A stretch of 49,593 nucleotides of DNA from Candidatus Parcubacteria bacterium (GTDB lineage Bacteria > Patescibacteriota > Patescibacteriia > Patescibacteriales > UBA12075). Made by a program: the position numbers and the translations under genes. Where the stretch lies: positions 1 to 49,593 of the forward strand of contig PKTK01000011.1 of assembly GCA_002869165.1 (NCBI GenBank). Reading direction: 5' to 3'. The notes under the pieces are model-generated. The model worked only from the letters and a program-made list of their open reading frames with translations, had not been told where the DNA came from and searched no databases. This document shows positions 1 to 12,200 of the stretch, piece after piece (positions within the stretch are counted from its first letter, which is position 1; every line of letters begins with the position of its first letter).

Positions 1-269
1 AGTGTTGTAACTATATTTTAACTAATTTCGTAAACTAGCTCTACTTATATATTATTTTTTTATATATTTAGTGGTGATAACGCTATTGTAATGTACATCA
101 GTGAGAGGGGATTAATGCGTAATATCTAAAAATACATTAATCAACTTGATTAACTGTGCTTGCAGATGTGCTTAGCCAGGTGTGTGTGTTGACGTAAATC
201 AATCTTAGAACGTCTTCACCCTCTCTCCCCGGTGACACCAGGGCACTCCCCTTCAAGGGGAAAAATTAT

Positions 270-303
270 CCCTCACCCCAGCCCTCTCCCAAAGGGAGAG
301 GGA
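270..303. repeat. REP-like palindromic repeat (CCCTCACCCCaGCCCTCTCCC...GGGAGAGGG); near-identical copy at 36994-37027
   Basis: Two near-identical intergenic copies forming short hairpins downstream of genes; related GC-rich hairpins at about 218-260, 23256-23430 and 25274-25412. Confidence 0.7.
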
Positions 304-342
304 GTATGTTCTCGATAATCCCAAGGGTCTCAAAAATCCTAA

Positions 343-1170
343 TCACTTATTCTTATGCTTCGACTTCAAAAAATCAATCACTCCAAGTGTTGACTTATTC
401 CCCTTCTCAGGCGGAAACCAAGTCTGGCCTTCAAGCAATGGATGGCCTTCGTATTTTTTAAATATTTTTTCCTCCGCCTTTTCCCAAACCGAAAATATTT
501 CCTCGGCTTTTTTTATATCTAAAGTTTGTTCATAATCAAGTAAAGCACGATTCAAATACAATATACCATCTGGGTGTTCGATGCTTATTCTTAATGTTAG
601 ATCCCAATCCTCCCAAAAATCTAAACTCTCATCCCAGCCACCTAAGTTAACAATCTCATCACGCTTGTGACACATAGTATTAGTATCTATCATAATGCGC
701 CTGTGCCAAAGTCGCTTTAAATCAAAATGTTTCTTGTGATTTGAAAACTCGTCCCGTAAATTTACCCTTTCACCCTTTTCGTCTATGATAGACAAACGAT
801 AATTCTTTTTACAAAAAAACAGCACCCGTTCAGGCTCTCTAGTCTTGGCATCATTCATAACTTCCAAAAATTCCCGATGCCAGGTATTGTCACTATCAAG
901 ATAGGCTATCCATTCACCCCTAGCTTTTTTCAGACCAATATTTCTAGCTCCAGCCGGACCTATATTATTTTTATTTTTAATATAAACTATCCGCGGATCA
1001 GAAAATTCCTTGATCAATTTTTCTGTATCATCACTAGAATTATCATCAACTATGATTAACTCAAAAAAAGGATAAGTTTGTTCAAGGACTGACTGGATTG
1101 CTTTCCAGAGCACATAAGACATATTAAAAGTCGCTGTAATTACACTAAATTTTGGTTGATAATTTTCCAT
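343..1170 (-). CDS. Glycosyltransferase family 2 (GT-A fold)
   Basis: FSVITATFN, ELIIVDDNSSD, GPAGARNIGL, IAYLDSD (DXD), FWEDWDLTLR motifs. Confidence 0.93.
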   Translation of the reverse strand: MENYQPKFSVITATFNMSYVLWKAIQSVLEQTYPFFELIIVDDNSSDDTEKLIKEFSDPRIVYIKNKNNIGPAGARNIGLKKARGEWIAYLDSDNTWHREFLEVMNDAKTREPERVLFFCKKNYRLSIIDEKGERVNLRDEFSNHKKHFDLKRLWHRRIMIDTNTMCHKRDEIVNLGGWDESLDFWEDWDLTLRISIEHPDGILYLNRALLDYEQTLDIKKAEEIFSVWEKAEEKIFKKYEGHPLLEGQTWFPPEKGNKSTLGVIDFLKSKHKNK

Positions 1171-1259
1171 TTATTATATTTGATTTTTCTTTGTTCTAGT
1201 GATAAAGTTAATATATAACAAAAAAATAATAATTTCAAATTAGGATTTTTGGAGGAAAA

Positions 1260-1562
1260 ATGGCTTTTTTTGAAGATGCTTTTTACGAACAAAGGATTGT
1301 AGCCATTACAAATATGCTTAAAAATCATGATTCTTTAAACGAAAGATTATTGATTTGGGGATGGAAAAAATTGACCAATGATTCTGGCCAGGACTTCTAT
1401 CTTCGACCTGCTTACATGGGAAAGGAACGAAAAATTCTTGATTGGTTAAAAGCAATCAATGAAACTGGTCTCTATGCTCACAAATTTAAAAATCCCGAGC
1501 AGTACAATGGCAATGCTCCAAAAAAAACAAACAACAAACAAACCTACATTAAACCACATTAA
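1260..1562 (+). CDS. Hypothetical protein (100 aa)
   Basis: ATG preceded by GGAGG RBS at about 1251; no recognisable motif. Confidence 0.5.
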   Translation: MAFFEDAFYEQRIVAITNMLKNHDSLNERLLIWGWKKLTNDSGQDFYLRPAYMGKERKILDWLKAINETGLYAHKFKNPEQYNGNAPKKTNNKQTYIKPH

Positions 1563-1878
1563 AAAAACAAAATAAATTTGGGAGAAAAAATGGGGCTCGA
1601 GGTGTGCAAAACAAAATTAAGCAATGATTATATCAACATAGATATAATTAGCGAGAAACAAAAAGAAACTACAAGTCAAATTGACTGAGAGTTAATAAGC
1701 AATCCTGCTCTTGCAGAAATCGATCATTTCAAAATCAAAGACTAACACCCAAATGCCACTATAAAAATAGTGGCATTTTAAATACTATTATCTGCTTCCT
1801 GTTTTCTATTTTCTAACAATCTGCTATAATAAAAAAACTTTTAAATTCAAACTTTATAAACTTTTAACTATTAAAAAT

Positions 1879-2280
1879 ATGCCTATTAAATGGGATGATT
1901 CCTATAGTGTTGGTATCGAAGAAATAGATAATCAGCACAAAAAAATAATCAAAATAATCAACCAGGTTTTAGAAATAATCGAGGAAGAGAGTCTTGATGA
2001 CAATCTCAAAACCATTATCAAAGAACTGATAGACTATAGCAATTATCATTTTAAATTTGAAGAAGATTATTTCGAAAAATTCAATTACGAAGACAAAGAT
2101 TCTCATCTGGAAAAACATGGTGAATTTAGGGCACAGCTTATGAAAATTTCTCAAGAATTTAAGGATGACAAGATGGAGGCAGCTTATCAAATCATAGACT
2201 TTCTGGAAAACTGGTTGATAGATCATATCAATGGCACCGACAAAAGATATATAGAATGTTTCCAAGAAAACGGATTATAA
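1879..2280 (+). CDS. Bacteriohemerythrin (non-heme di-iron protein)
   Basis: W..SYSVG..EID.QH, HFKFEE, HLEKH, WLIDHINGTD iron-ligand pattern. Confidence 0.93.
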   Translation: MPIKWDDSYSVGIEEIDNQHKKIIKIINQVLEIIEEESLDDNLKTIIKELIDYSNYHFKFEEDYFEKFNYEDKDSHLEKHGEFRAQLMKISQEFKDDKMEAAYQIIDFLENWLIDHINGTDKRYIECFQENGL

Positions 2281-2292
2281 AAATTTGGTATC

Positions 2293-2321
2293 AAAAAATC
2301 CCGAGTATCCCGGGATTTTTT
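2293..2321. terminator. Bidirectional intrinsic terminator
   Basis: AAAAAATCCCG..CGGGATTTTTT hairpin between convergent genes. Confidence 0.75.
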
Positions 2322-2389
2322 GTTTAAGCTTATTTTGTCCTTATCCTAATTCAAGGACACTGATATATAAAAATTTATATCATTCTATA

Positions 2390-5300
2390 TTATTCGTAGA
2401 AGGTCGGCACCAAAATATACAATATTTCTGTTTCATATTCTCCAGCTGCTTGCATTTCAGATGATTCAATCCTCAATATCAAGTCTACAGTTTCATTTTG
2501 AACAGGAATATTTGAATAAGAAACCTCTTGAAAAGTCTCATCAAAACCAGCATAGGTATTATCGGCCGAAAATCTAGAAGGTGAAGAACCTGACAAAGTA
2601 TCATCACCAGCATGATAACCAAAAGCAGATGGACTTGGATCGCTTGGCCAAGCATCAGGAAAAGCATTACTATATGGAACTGGTTCAAAAGTTGCTCCAT
2701 TGGCTGACTCTAGTCTTTGTCTTTGTAAAGCAAACAACTGATAACCTCCCCCGGCATTTGTATTAATCGTAAAACTGTAAGCTGCTACTTCATCATTGTC
2801 ATTATCTATTGTTCCAAAATCAACCTGACTCTGACTAGAGTCAACTGTTGTATAAACTCCTTCGACCAAGGTATTTAGAGAATAACCTCCGGTTGAAAAA
2901 CTTAAACCAGGAGATGAAGTAATCAAACTAGGAAATGTATAACCTCCGTTATGATCAATTGAAGACTCATTAGTGTCATCATATGCCCTAAAATAATAAG
3001 TAGTTGATTCTGGAGCACCGTTATTTCTCACAGTAAACTCCCACTCAGCAATAGTTGAGCCTAAATGATCATAGGTCGTAGTTGATATACCTGATTCATT
3101 GTGAGTAGCACGCAAGGAAACACCGCTGAGCAAATTCGTGCTCAATGTACTATTGTCATCGTCTACGCCATCATCATAGGTCCACAAAGAAGTACTAGAG
3201 CCACTTTCTCCAACAAAATTTACATCAGAAGAAAAATCTGCATAGGTTGAATATTGCAACCTGATCTTCACGTCCTCACCTAAAATATTTTCAATCTCTC
3301 TGAGAGCAAGTCTTAGTTTTATGGTTGCCCCTGCTGTCACATCGCTGGGTGACACATTTTCATCTGCCAAAGAATAACTAGGAGTCTCATTCTGCTGATC
3401 ACCATACCAATGCCAATTCTCAGATACTGAAACATATCTAATTGTTACAGATATTTCATTACTTGCTGCTACCTTATGTCCAAACCAATCATAAGCCCAA
3501 ATATTGAATACATATTGTTTGTTTACTTCAAGTCCGTATACAGTTGTTGTCGTTGCACCGTTAAAATCAGCAAACCCAAGATTTACATCCCCAGGATTTG
3601 GATTTGTTGAAGAAGAAAATGGTGTATCAGATTCTGTTACTCCACTTGCCCCTTCTTTGTAAAATATCTTATATTCTTTGAAATTTGTGTCACTAGAACT
3701 AGTACCAAGGGCAAAAGTGACACTATTACTTGTTATATCAATTTTCGTCAGATCACCAACTTGAGTTGGATAAATATGATCAACAACCACAGTTGTAGTA
3801 GCAGGAATACTTTGTTGATCAACTCCATCATTTGCCGTTAAACGCAGACAATAAGTATCGTCTCCATTGGAAATATCAGATAAAGTATCCCAGTCAAAAG
3901 CAACTGTATTGGTACCAAAACTCGTGGTGATCCAACCAGTACTTGAACCAATCTGATACTCTTGATTATTATCAATTACCGGGGTACCAAAATCAGCTGA
4001 AGCACTAGTCTCATCCAAGGTTAGATCAAGCGGAAAAGAAAAGTCACAACTAGCTCCCTGAACATACTCAACTTTTACAGAATTGTAGTCACTATTATAA
4101 TCTAAAACATCCATTTCTACCTGTACCTCTTCACTTCCGTCAGTCTTTTGACTAGCGCTGACAAAAGTAGCTCGAGGATTAGGCGCCAAAGTAAATTCTG
4201 GATAAATATCATAGTTATCCAAAATCTCACCATCATTAGTTGTTCTAAAGCAATAGGTCTGTCCAGCAATTGAATTATTGGTTGGTGTTAAATTAAATTC
4301 CAATTCAGTATACGAGCCTGTTGAAATACTTTGATAACCGGTAATATTGGATGGCGCCTCAATGATATATCCCGGTTCAAAAATATAACCTTCACTATTT
4401 ATAAATTGTGCTGTGGTTGATGCCTTATCATCAAAATAATCTGAACTTATCATTTTGAAATGCTCGGTACTTGCTGTCACTGGAACCGTAGTCCAGGTTG
4501 ACAACAAATCACAATCAGCTGTTTTTTCTGCATATTCAAGATCATATCTATAGCCACTAGCTCCGTAGTCTCCAGTATTAGCTATAGACAATCGCAAACG
4601 AATTGGATCAAGTCTGGCCAAGAAATTATTCTCAGATGGATCCGGTTGATCCTCTTCCTCACGCCAAGTAGCAGAAACAATGATCTCAGTGGTTGTAGAT
4701 ACTTCATTAGTTGCTGAAGCTATATTGCCATAAAGATCATATATCCATATATTGAATACATAATCGGTATTTTGAGTTAATCCAGATACCGTAACATTTG
4801 ATGCACCACCAAAATTCTCCAGACCCAAATTGGGGTCAAGTAACTGGTTAAACTCATTATCACCAGTATCTACGCCACTAGTTCCTAGTTTATAAAATAT
4901 CTTATATTCATCAAATTTTGGATCAGAACCAGGTAAACCGAAATTCAATCTTACGCTAACCCCATCAACATAATCAACGCTCAAATCACCAGGAGCAATA
5001 GGGTCCTCGTCATCATACAAAATAGTGCTAGAAGCTAACACGCTCTGATCATTTTGACCATCATTCACAGTAAGTCTCAAACAATAGTCACCATAAGATC
5101 CTGGGATATCATTTGAGGCTAACCAATCAAAATTAACAGTATTTGAGCCTGAGCTAGTTATAATTGGTGAACTAGTACCAACCTGATACTCACTAGAATT
5201 ATTTATAGTAACTGTTCCGTAATCCGAACTAATATTAGCTGGGGTAGTATCAAGAGTAGGTGTCAGCGCACCGCCAGAAAAATCACATTGTGCGTTATCT

Positions 5301-6181
5301 ACATATTCTAACTTAGCCCTACAATCATCAAGATTCACATCATACACTTCGATAGAAATATCAACTATACCCGATCCATTTACTTTTTGGGCTACAGAAT
5401 TAAACAATCCAGTTGGGGGTGCATTGGTTATGTAAGTTGTTTGACCAGAAGCAGACACATTTCCAAAGTCATCGTAGGCAAATATCTTAAAACTATATTG
5501 GGTGTTGTTTTCCAGACCACTTATTGTTGTTGTCGCTGTTCCATTAAATGAAACATCATTTAAATCATCATCAAAATGTGGCGTACTATTTTCAGTGACT
5601 GTTCCAGCTCCTGCTTTATAAAATATTTTATAATATGCAAAATTAGTATCACTTGATTCAGCTCCAAACTGCAAGGTAATTGAAGAAGAGTCAGATGAAT
5701 AAAGACTTAAATCTCCAGGGATACTTGGATCTAAATTATCAATTGTAATGGTTCGAGTATCTGAAATGGCATTGTTATCTACCCCGTCATTGGAAGTCAA
5801 ACGTAAACAATAAGTATTTTCTGCATCATCGATTTCAGTTTTACTTAACCAATCAATATACACTGTATTAACTCCTGAACTAGTTGTTATCGATGAAAGC
5901 TTATATTCATTTGAATTATTAACACTCGGGTCTCCATAAGTGCTAGTGGCATTTTCATTCGTGGTATCAATAGTCGGATCAAGTGGAGTAGAAAAATCAC
6001 AAGTAGCTCCTAGCACATATTCAAGCTTCACGCTCAAATCTTCATCGTTAATATCGTCAGCCGTAAAGGAAATATCAACTGCTCCTGTGCCGTTGGTTTT
6101 TTGAGAAAGTTCTTGAACAGTAGTTGTTGGCCTGGCATTAGTGAAATAAGATACTTCAGTCGCATTAGCAGATTTGCCCAC
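2390..6181 (-). CDS. C-terminal portion of a giant FN3-like repeat surface protein, in frame with 6221..12655
   Basis: Same FN3-like (PG.L...YKIFYK...Y.FNIWAYD.GN) and QKTDGSG.VDI repeats as the upstream ORF; continues in frame after the TAG at 6221-6223. Confidence 0.75.
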   Translation of the reverse strand: MGKSANATEVSYFTNARPTTTVQELSQKTNGTGAVDISFTADDINDEDLSVKLEYVLGATCDFSTPLDPTIDTTNENATSTYGDPSVNNSNEYKLSSITTSSGVNTVYIDWLSKTEIDDAENTYCLRLTSNDGVDNNAISDTRTITIDNLDPSIPGDLSLYSSDSSSITLQFGAESSDTNFAYYKIFYKAGAGTVTENSTPHFDDDLNDVSFNGTATTTISGLENNTQYSFKIFAYDDFGNVSASGQTTYITNAPPTGLFNSVAQKVNGSGIVDISIEVYDVNLDDCRAKLEYVDNAQCDFSGGALTPTLDTTPANISSDYGTVTINNSSEYQVGTSSPIITSSGSNTVNFDWLASNDIPGSYGDYCLRLTVNDGQNDQSVLASSTILYDDEDPIAPGDLSVDYVDGVSVRLNFGLPGSDPKFDEYKIFYKLGTSGVDTGDNEFNQLLDPNLGLENFGGASNVTVSGLTQNTDYVFNIWIYDLYGNIASATNEVSTTTEIIVSATWREEEDQPDPSENNFLARLDPIRLRLSIANTGDYGASGYRYDLEYAEKTADCDLLSTWTTVPVTASTEHFKMISSDYFDDKASTTAQFINSEGYIFEPGYIIEAPSNITGYQSISTGSYTELEFNLTPTNNSIAGQTYCFRTTNDGEILDNYDIYPEFTLAPNPRATFVSASQKTDGSEEVQVEMDVLDYNSDYNSVKVEYVQGASCDFSFPLDLTLDETSASADFGTPVIDNNQEYQIGSSTGWITTSFGTNTVAFDWDTLSDISNGDDTYCLRLTANDGVDQQSIPATTTVVVDHIYPTQVGDLTKIDITSNSVTFALGTSSSDTNFKEYKIFYKEGASGVTESDTPFSSSTNPNPGDVNLGFADFNGATTTTVYGLEVNKQYVFNIWAYDWFGHKVAASNEISVTIRYVSVSENWHWYGDQQNETPSYSLADENVSPSDVTAGATIKLRLALREIENILGEDVKIRLQYSTYADFSSDVNFVGESGSSTSLWTYDDGVDDDNSTLSTNLLSGVSLRATHNESGISTTTYDHLGSTIAEWEFTVRNNGAPESTTYYFRAYDDTNESSIDHNGGYTFPSLITSSPGLSFSTGGYSLNTLVEGVYTTVDSSQSQVDFGTIDNDNDEVAAYSFTINTNAGGGYQLFALQRQRLESANGATFEPVPYSNAFPDAWPSDPSPSAFGYHAGDDTLSGSSPSRFSADNTYAGFDETFQEVSYSNIPVQNETVDLILRIESSEMQAAGEYETEILYILVPTFYE

Positions 6182-6220
6182 TTCATCATAAGCATAAATA
6201 TTAAATACATACTGAGTATT

Positions 6221-9200
6221 CTACAAAAGATCAGAGATAGTGGTATTTTGGGCACCATTATAATATTTATTAAATAAATTAATATCAGTCGTAGAAGAAT
6301 GCATTGAATCGTTTTCGGTAACACCGCTCGCACCAGTTTTATAATAAATAATGTATTCTCTAAAATTATCTTCTGTTGTTGTGGCTCCGAAGTCAAGTGT
6401 GACTGAATTATAAGTTCTAGAATTAAAACTCAGATTACCTGGAGAACTTGGATCAACAGTATCAACTTTGAAATTTGGATCCACTCCAGCATCAACCCAG
6501 TCACTACATACGTTGTTGTCATCACAAGCTAAAACCTGCCACTTGAAACCTGTACTAGAATCTGGTAAAGCTGGAAGTGTCCCTGAGCCTATATATGGAC
6601 TCAAACTATAATCGCCATTACTAGATGTAATTGACCAAACCTTGGAAGAACAGGCTAGAAAATCATCACCTTCTCCACAAACATTTTCTGGTACTGTAGT
6701 AGCGGTCAAAAATGAATCGCCAACATATCGAATTTCATAATACAAACTTAAAACTTCACTAGGATCATCATCATTTACACTAGCGCTAAAAAACACATTA
6801 CTCTCATCAGTCCAAGCACCATTTTCGATAGGCGTTACTTGATCTGTTTTTCTCTGTAATAAACTGAAAGCAAGTCCTGGAATGTGATTGGTATTAACAC
6901 TTACTTCACTTGAGCTAGATTTATTACCATATAGATCATAGGCCCAAATATTAAATACATAATCCGTTCCTGCCTGAAGACTTGAAACACTGGTAGTGGC
7001 AATACTGTTATAATTCTGATTTAATAAATTCGTATCAATATGCTCGATATCATTTTCAGTTACCCCACTGGTTCCTTGCTTGTAAAATATCTTGTAAGTA
7101 TCAAAATTATTCTCTACACTAGCGCCCCCGAAATTAAGTACTAAATCATATGTGTTTTGAGTGTTCAAACTTAAGGCCCCTGGAGAACTTGGTTCAAGGT
7201 TATCAATATAAATAGTTGTTGTAGCTGAAACGAGCTGACTATAGGTACCATCATTGGCTGTTAAACGAAGACAATAAACTCCATCAGCATCAGGCTCGTC
7301 TATTGCACTCAACCAATCAAAATTTACCGTATTTGAACCAGGTGATGTCCAAACCCAATTACTAGTAGTACCAATTTGATAAGGGTAATTATTATCAAGG
7401 TCTGGATCACCATAATCTGCTGTGATATTTTCATCGCTTGAATCTATACTCGGATCAAGTGGTGAACTAAAATCACAACTTGCTCCAGCTACATATTCAA
7501 GCTTCAAACGAAGAGTATCATCATTATCAGGATCATCAATCTCTACTGAAATATCGATTACCCCGCTTCCATCTGTTTTTTGAGCAACCGAATTGAAATC
7601 ACCAGTAGGAGGATTGGCAGCTGAATCTGTGGTAACAGTAATTTCCGAAGCACTAGTAACATTAGCAGCCTCATCATAGGCATAAATATTAAAAACATAT
7701 TTAGTTCCTGCACTCAAATTATATATTATCGTTGAGGTAGCACTATTATAATCCTGATAAAAAAGATTGTTATCAGTAGTAGATGAATGTGATAAATCAT
7801 TTTCAGTTACACCAGAAGATCCAACCTTATAATAAATAATATATTCTCTAAAATTGTCTTCGCTACTACTAGCTCCAAAACTCAAAGTAACCGTAGTATT
7901 TGTTTTGGAATACTCTACTAGATTGCCTGGACTACTAGGAGGAGTGTTGTCAACTTTTACATTTGGAGTACTAGCATTGAATTTAACCCATTCCGAACAT
8001 GTTCCTTCATTATCACATGCTAAAACTTGCCATTTATATCCATTATAACTATCCGGAATATTGATGATATTTACTTCATCCGCACCACTACCTATAGTCC
8101 ACACATTACTAGAACATAATCCATATGCTGTAGCACTTGAACATGCGGAAACTGGAACACTGGTAGCAACCAAAGAAGAACTGGCAACTGGTAAAAATTC
8201 AAAATACAAATCCAAGTCCTCCCCTTCTGGGTCCGAACTAGTAGCCATAAGTCTAATTTGATTTTCATTTGTCCAAGCACCATTATTAATGATTGTAGTC
8301 CCATCTGATTTGTATTGATTGAGATTGGTAGCTTCAAGTGGTGCATAATTTGTGTTAGTTACCAATTCTGTAGTAGCACTAGCTTTATTCCCTGCTATAT
8401 CATAGGCCCAAATATTAAACACATACTGTGTTTGAGCTAAAAGATCTGAAATAGTTGTGGTAGCCGTAGAGTTAAATAATCTATCTGCTAAGTCAGCATC
8501 TTCAACTTGCGTCCAAGCACTATCATTTTCTGTAACACCACTAATGCCTACCTTATAAAATATTTTATATTCTAAAAAATTATCATCTGTACTTGGACTA
8601 CCAAACTGAATTGTAATTGTATGGTCCGAATGATCCACAAAAGTCAAATTTCCAGGAATACTTGGCGTATTAGCATCCACGCCTGGGCGATTGTCTGGGT
8701 CAGCGGTGGTGAATGAACTAGAGATATTTCCGGCTGAGTCTTGGATATTTAGGTTTACTGGTAGATCTTCGGTGTCTAGGATGTCAGCATTTCCTTCTTT
8801 GACTGTATAACTGACCGTGTAATTACCACCTCCAATATCTGTAAATGTTGAACTTACATCTATACTATTAATGGTCATGGTAGTGCCAGCCAGTAACCCT
8901 GCCTCTATAATTGATACCGCAATCGTGGCTGTAGCCGTGTCGCCTACTTTTAGAACACCTGAACTTGGAGTGAATGTTACTGTATTAATACTTGGCGTAT
9001 TAGCATCCACGCCTGGGCGATTGTCTGGGTCAGCTGAGGTGAATGCATTTGACTCATTACCGTTTATATCAAAAACTGTGAAACTTACTGGCAAATCATT
9101 TGCATCCAATATATCATTGTTTCCTTCTTGTACTTCATAATAAACCGTATATGTATTGTCTAAATTATTTACAAAAGTAGCACTTACATCGATACTATTT

Positions 9201-12200
9201 ATTGTAAGTGTTCCAGCGGTGTAATTAGAATTATCGCAAGTCAATGTAGCTGTTGCAATATCTCCCACCTTTAGAGTGCCTGAAGTGATATTTAAATTAA
9301 CACTTGAAATAACTGGCCTGGTAGCATCTACTCCTGGTCTAGTACTAGGACTTGCTGTAGTATAAGAACCTGAAATATTGCCCGCCACATCTTGAATGTT
9401 TAAATTAACAGGCAAGTCATCAGCATCTGTTCTATTTGTGTCACCTTCGACCACAGTATAGGCAACCGTGTAACTACCACCTCCAATGCCAGTAAATGTT
9501 GAGCTAACATCTTGTCCATTAATAATCATGACAGATCCAGCAAGTAGTCCAGTTTCGGATCCTGATACCGCAATAGTTGCTGTAGCAGTATCTCCGATCT
9601 TCAATATTCCTGAACTAGGATTAAAAGTAACTGTATTAATGCTTGGAGTATTAGCATCAATTGTGGCTGAATTTGCATCAATTAAAGTAAAAGCGGGAGT
9701 GCTAGGATTATCAGCTGAATCAATGAATACTGCGCTAATTGGAATTGCTCCGGGAGTTGATATATCATCATCTCCCTCCTGAACAGTGTAATCAAATGTA
9801 TATGTCAGATTGTTTATTTTCTGTATATTGGTCGCGCTCACATTATTTATTGTAGTTGCTCCTAAGCTATAAGTATCAGTATCAGAGCTAACTGTGGCCG
9901 TGGCTGTGATCGTATCTCCTACTTTATAAGCTAAACTTGGAATGGCCAAGGCTGTGATCACTGGTCTATGAGCATCAACCGAAGCTGTATTAGCAATCAA
10001 TGAAGTAAAAGCAGGGTTATTTTGATTACCCGCCTCATCAGTTACTACAATGCTGATTGGAATAGTACCAGCTGACCTATCAGTATTTCCTTCAACAACA
10101 ACATAATCAACATTGTAAGCGGTATCGCTTTGCTTAACTAAATTTTGTGCATTTACTCCATTGATAGTAGACGGTCCTAAAGTATAGACATCCGTATCAC
10201 TAGTAACTGTAAGCACTAAAGTAATAGTATCACCTATTCCATAAACATTATTAGTAATAGTAGCCTGAGAAATAGTCGGTCGATGGGAGTCAACCCCAGG
10301 TCTATTTCCTGCATCAGCTGTATTATAAGCGGGACTAGCATTATTACTAGCATCAAGCATAGAAAAACTAATTGGTAGATCATCTGAATCAAGTCTATCA
10401 GTGTTTCCTTCGACAACTGTATAACTCACTGTGTAAGTATTGTCATTATTGTCTATAAAAGTACCAGAGACATCAACACCATTAATAGTCATGGTACTAG
10501 CCGTGTAGCCAGTAGCATCAGATATAATAGTAGCGGTTGCAGTGTCCCCAATTTTCAAAACACCTGAACTTGGGCTAAAGGTAACATTGTTTATTGGTGG
10601 TGGATAATTATCAAGCGTTACGGTAGTGGTGGCAGTATTACCTACGCTAACCCCATCATAAGACGTCAAAGCAATACAGTAAGTACTAGAAGCATTGAGC
10701 TCATCAGTATCAGACAGCCAATCAAAATCAATAGTATTGATTCCTTCTGAAGTTATTACATAACCACTGGCATTACCTATCTGGTATGTGTTATCATTTT
10801 CTACTTTTGGATCTGTAGTTCTGTCTGAAGTAGTATTCAAATCTGTTTCATCAATTGTTGCTTTAGTCATATTAGAACAAGTAGTACCTTCCTGATACTG
10901 AACCAAGGTCATCACCTCATCATCATCATTGTTATCGTCCACTGTCATTTGTATATCAACTGCACCAGTGCCATCAGTTTTTTGAAATGCTGATACTATT
11001 GTCGTAGTTGGAGCATCATTAGGAGTATAGGTAACCCGCAAATAAATCTGATCGATATATAAAATTTTTGGCTGTGAATTACTAGTATTTAAACCATAAA
11101 TTCTGGTATCTAAGTCTTGTACATCTGACCAAGTCCAAGTACTAGGAGCATTGGCATCACTATATACACTTGTCCATTGGATTGCATCTAAGTCGGTAGT
11201 AGTAAAACCAGCTACTGGATAACCTGAACCATTAGTGGAGCCACCAAAACGAGGAATAATATACGGCGTTACTTCAACCCCTTCTACAAAACCTTCGATA
11301 CCGATTTCTACGTTAGAGATTACAAAAGGTAAGTTTGGAACAGTGGTAGAACTACCCTCTAAATAATTAGCTGAGTCATTTTCACTTCTTCTTGGAATAT
11401 CTCGTTCTGCATAGGTATTATCAGTATTGTCCCAAGCTTGAGTATCAGTAATCCAATTAATACTAGTACCGTCATTATATATATAAGTATTTACATCATC
11501 AGAAGCGATCTGCCACTCTCTCTTTTCTGTAAAATCTCCCAACTCAAGTGGTCCAATCACATAAAATTCTGGCGAAATATCTGGAGCATCAAAATTATAA
11601 TCAATAATTAGCTCATCACCAATATTTAAATCAACATTTTTAACTGTTAAATACTTCTCTTGCTCAAAATTTCCAATTTCCAATTTCCAGTTTTCAATTT
11701 CATTATTCACTTTTATTTCATAACTTCCAATATTAAAATTTACCGGTACTTTTTCAATCACATCCCCTCTAAAACCAACATTTGCCCTTACACGGATCTC
11801 CATATCATAATCATAGGTTGGGTTAATACGAGTTGGACCATACCTTTGTATATCAAAATTAGTACTTGAAACAACCGAAAAAGTATCGCTTATTTCAAAT
11901 TCTCCATTATCAGTCACGGCTTTTAATTTAACAACATAGTCACCAATCGCCCCCACACCATAATACGCATCATAATCAGGGCTCTCAATATAATTATCAG
12001 CTCCGCACTCTGAATTTCTGCCTATAAGTCCATTATCAGTATTTAAGTAAGCAACTCCTCCATCAGGTGAAGTAATTTCCAAGTACAACTGCGAATCACA
12101 AAGAGTGTGTCCCAGCTCATTAAGGACAGCCATTTGCAAATAGGCTTCTTCACCATTATAATATTCAGCCTTGTCAAAATTCAGAGCCAAGACTCCCCAG

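Noticed and set aside
7854-9782. Short plus-strand ORFs inside the giant gene
   Set aside because: Antisense shadows of repetitive coding sequence.
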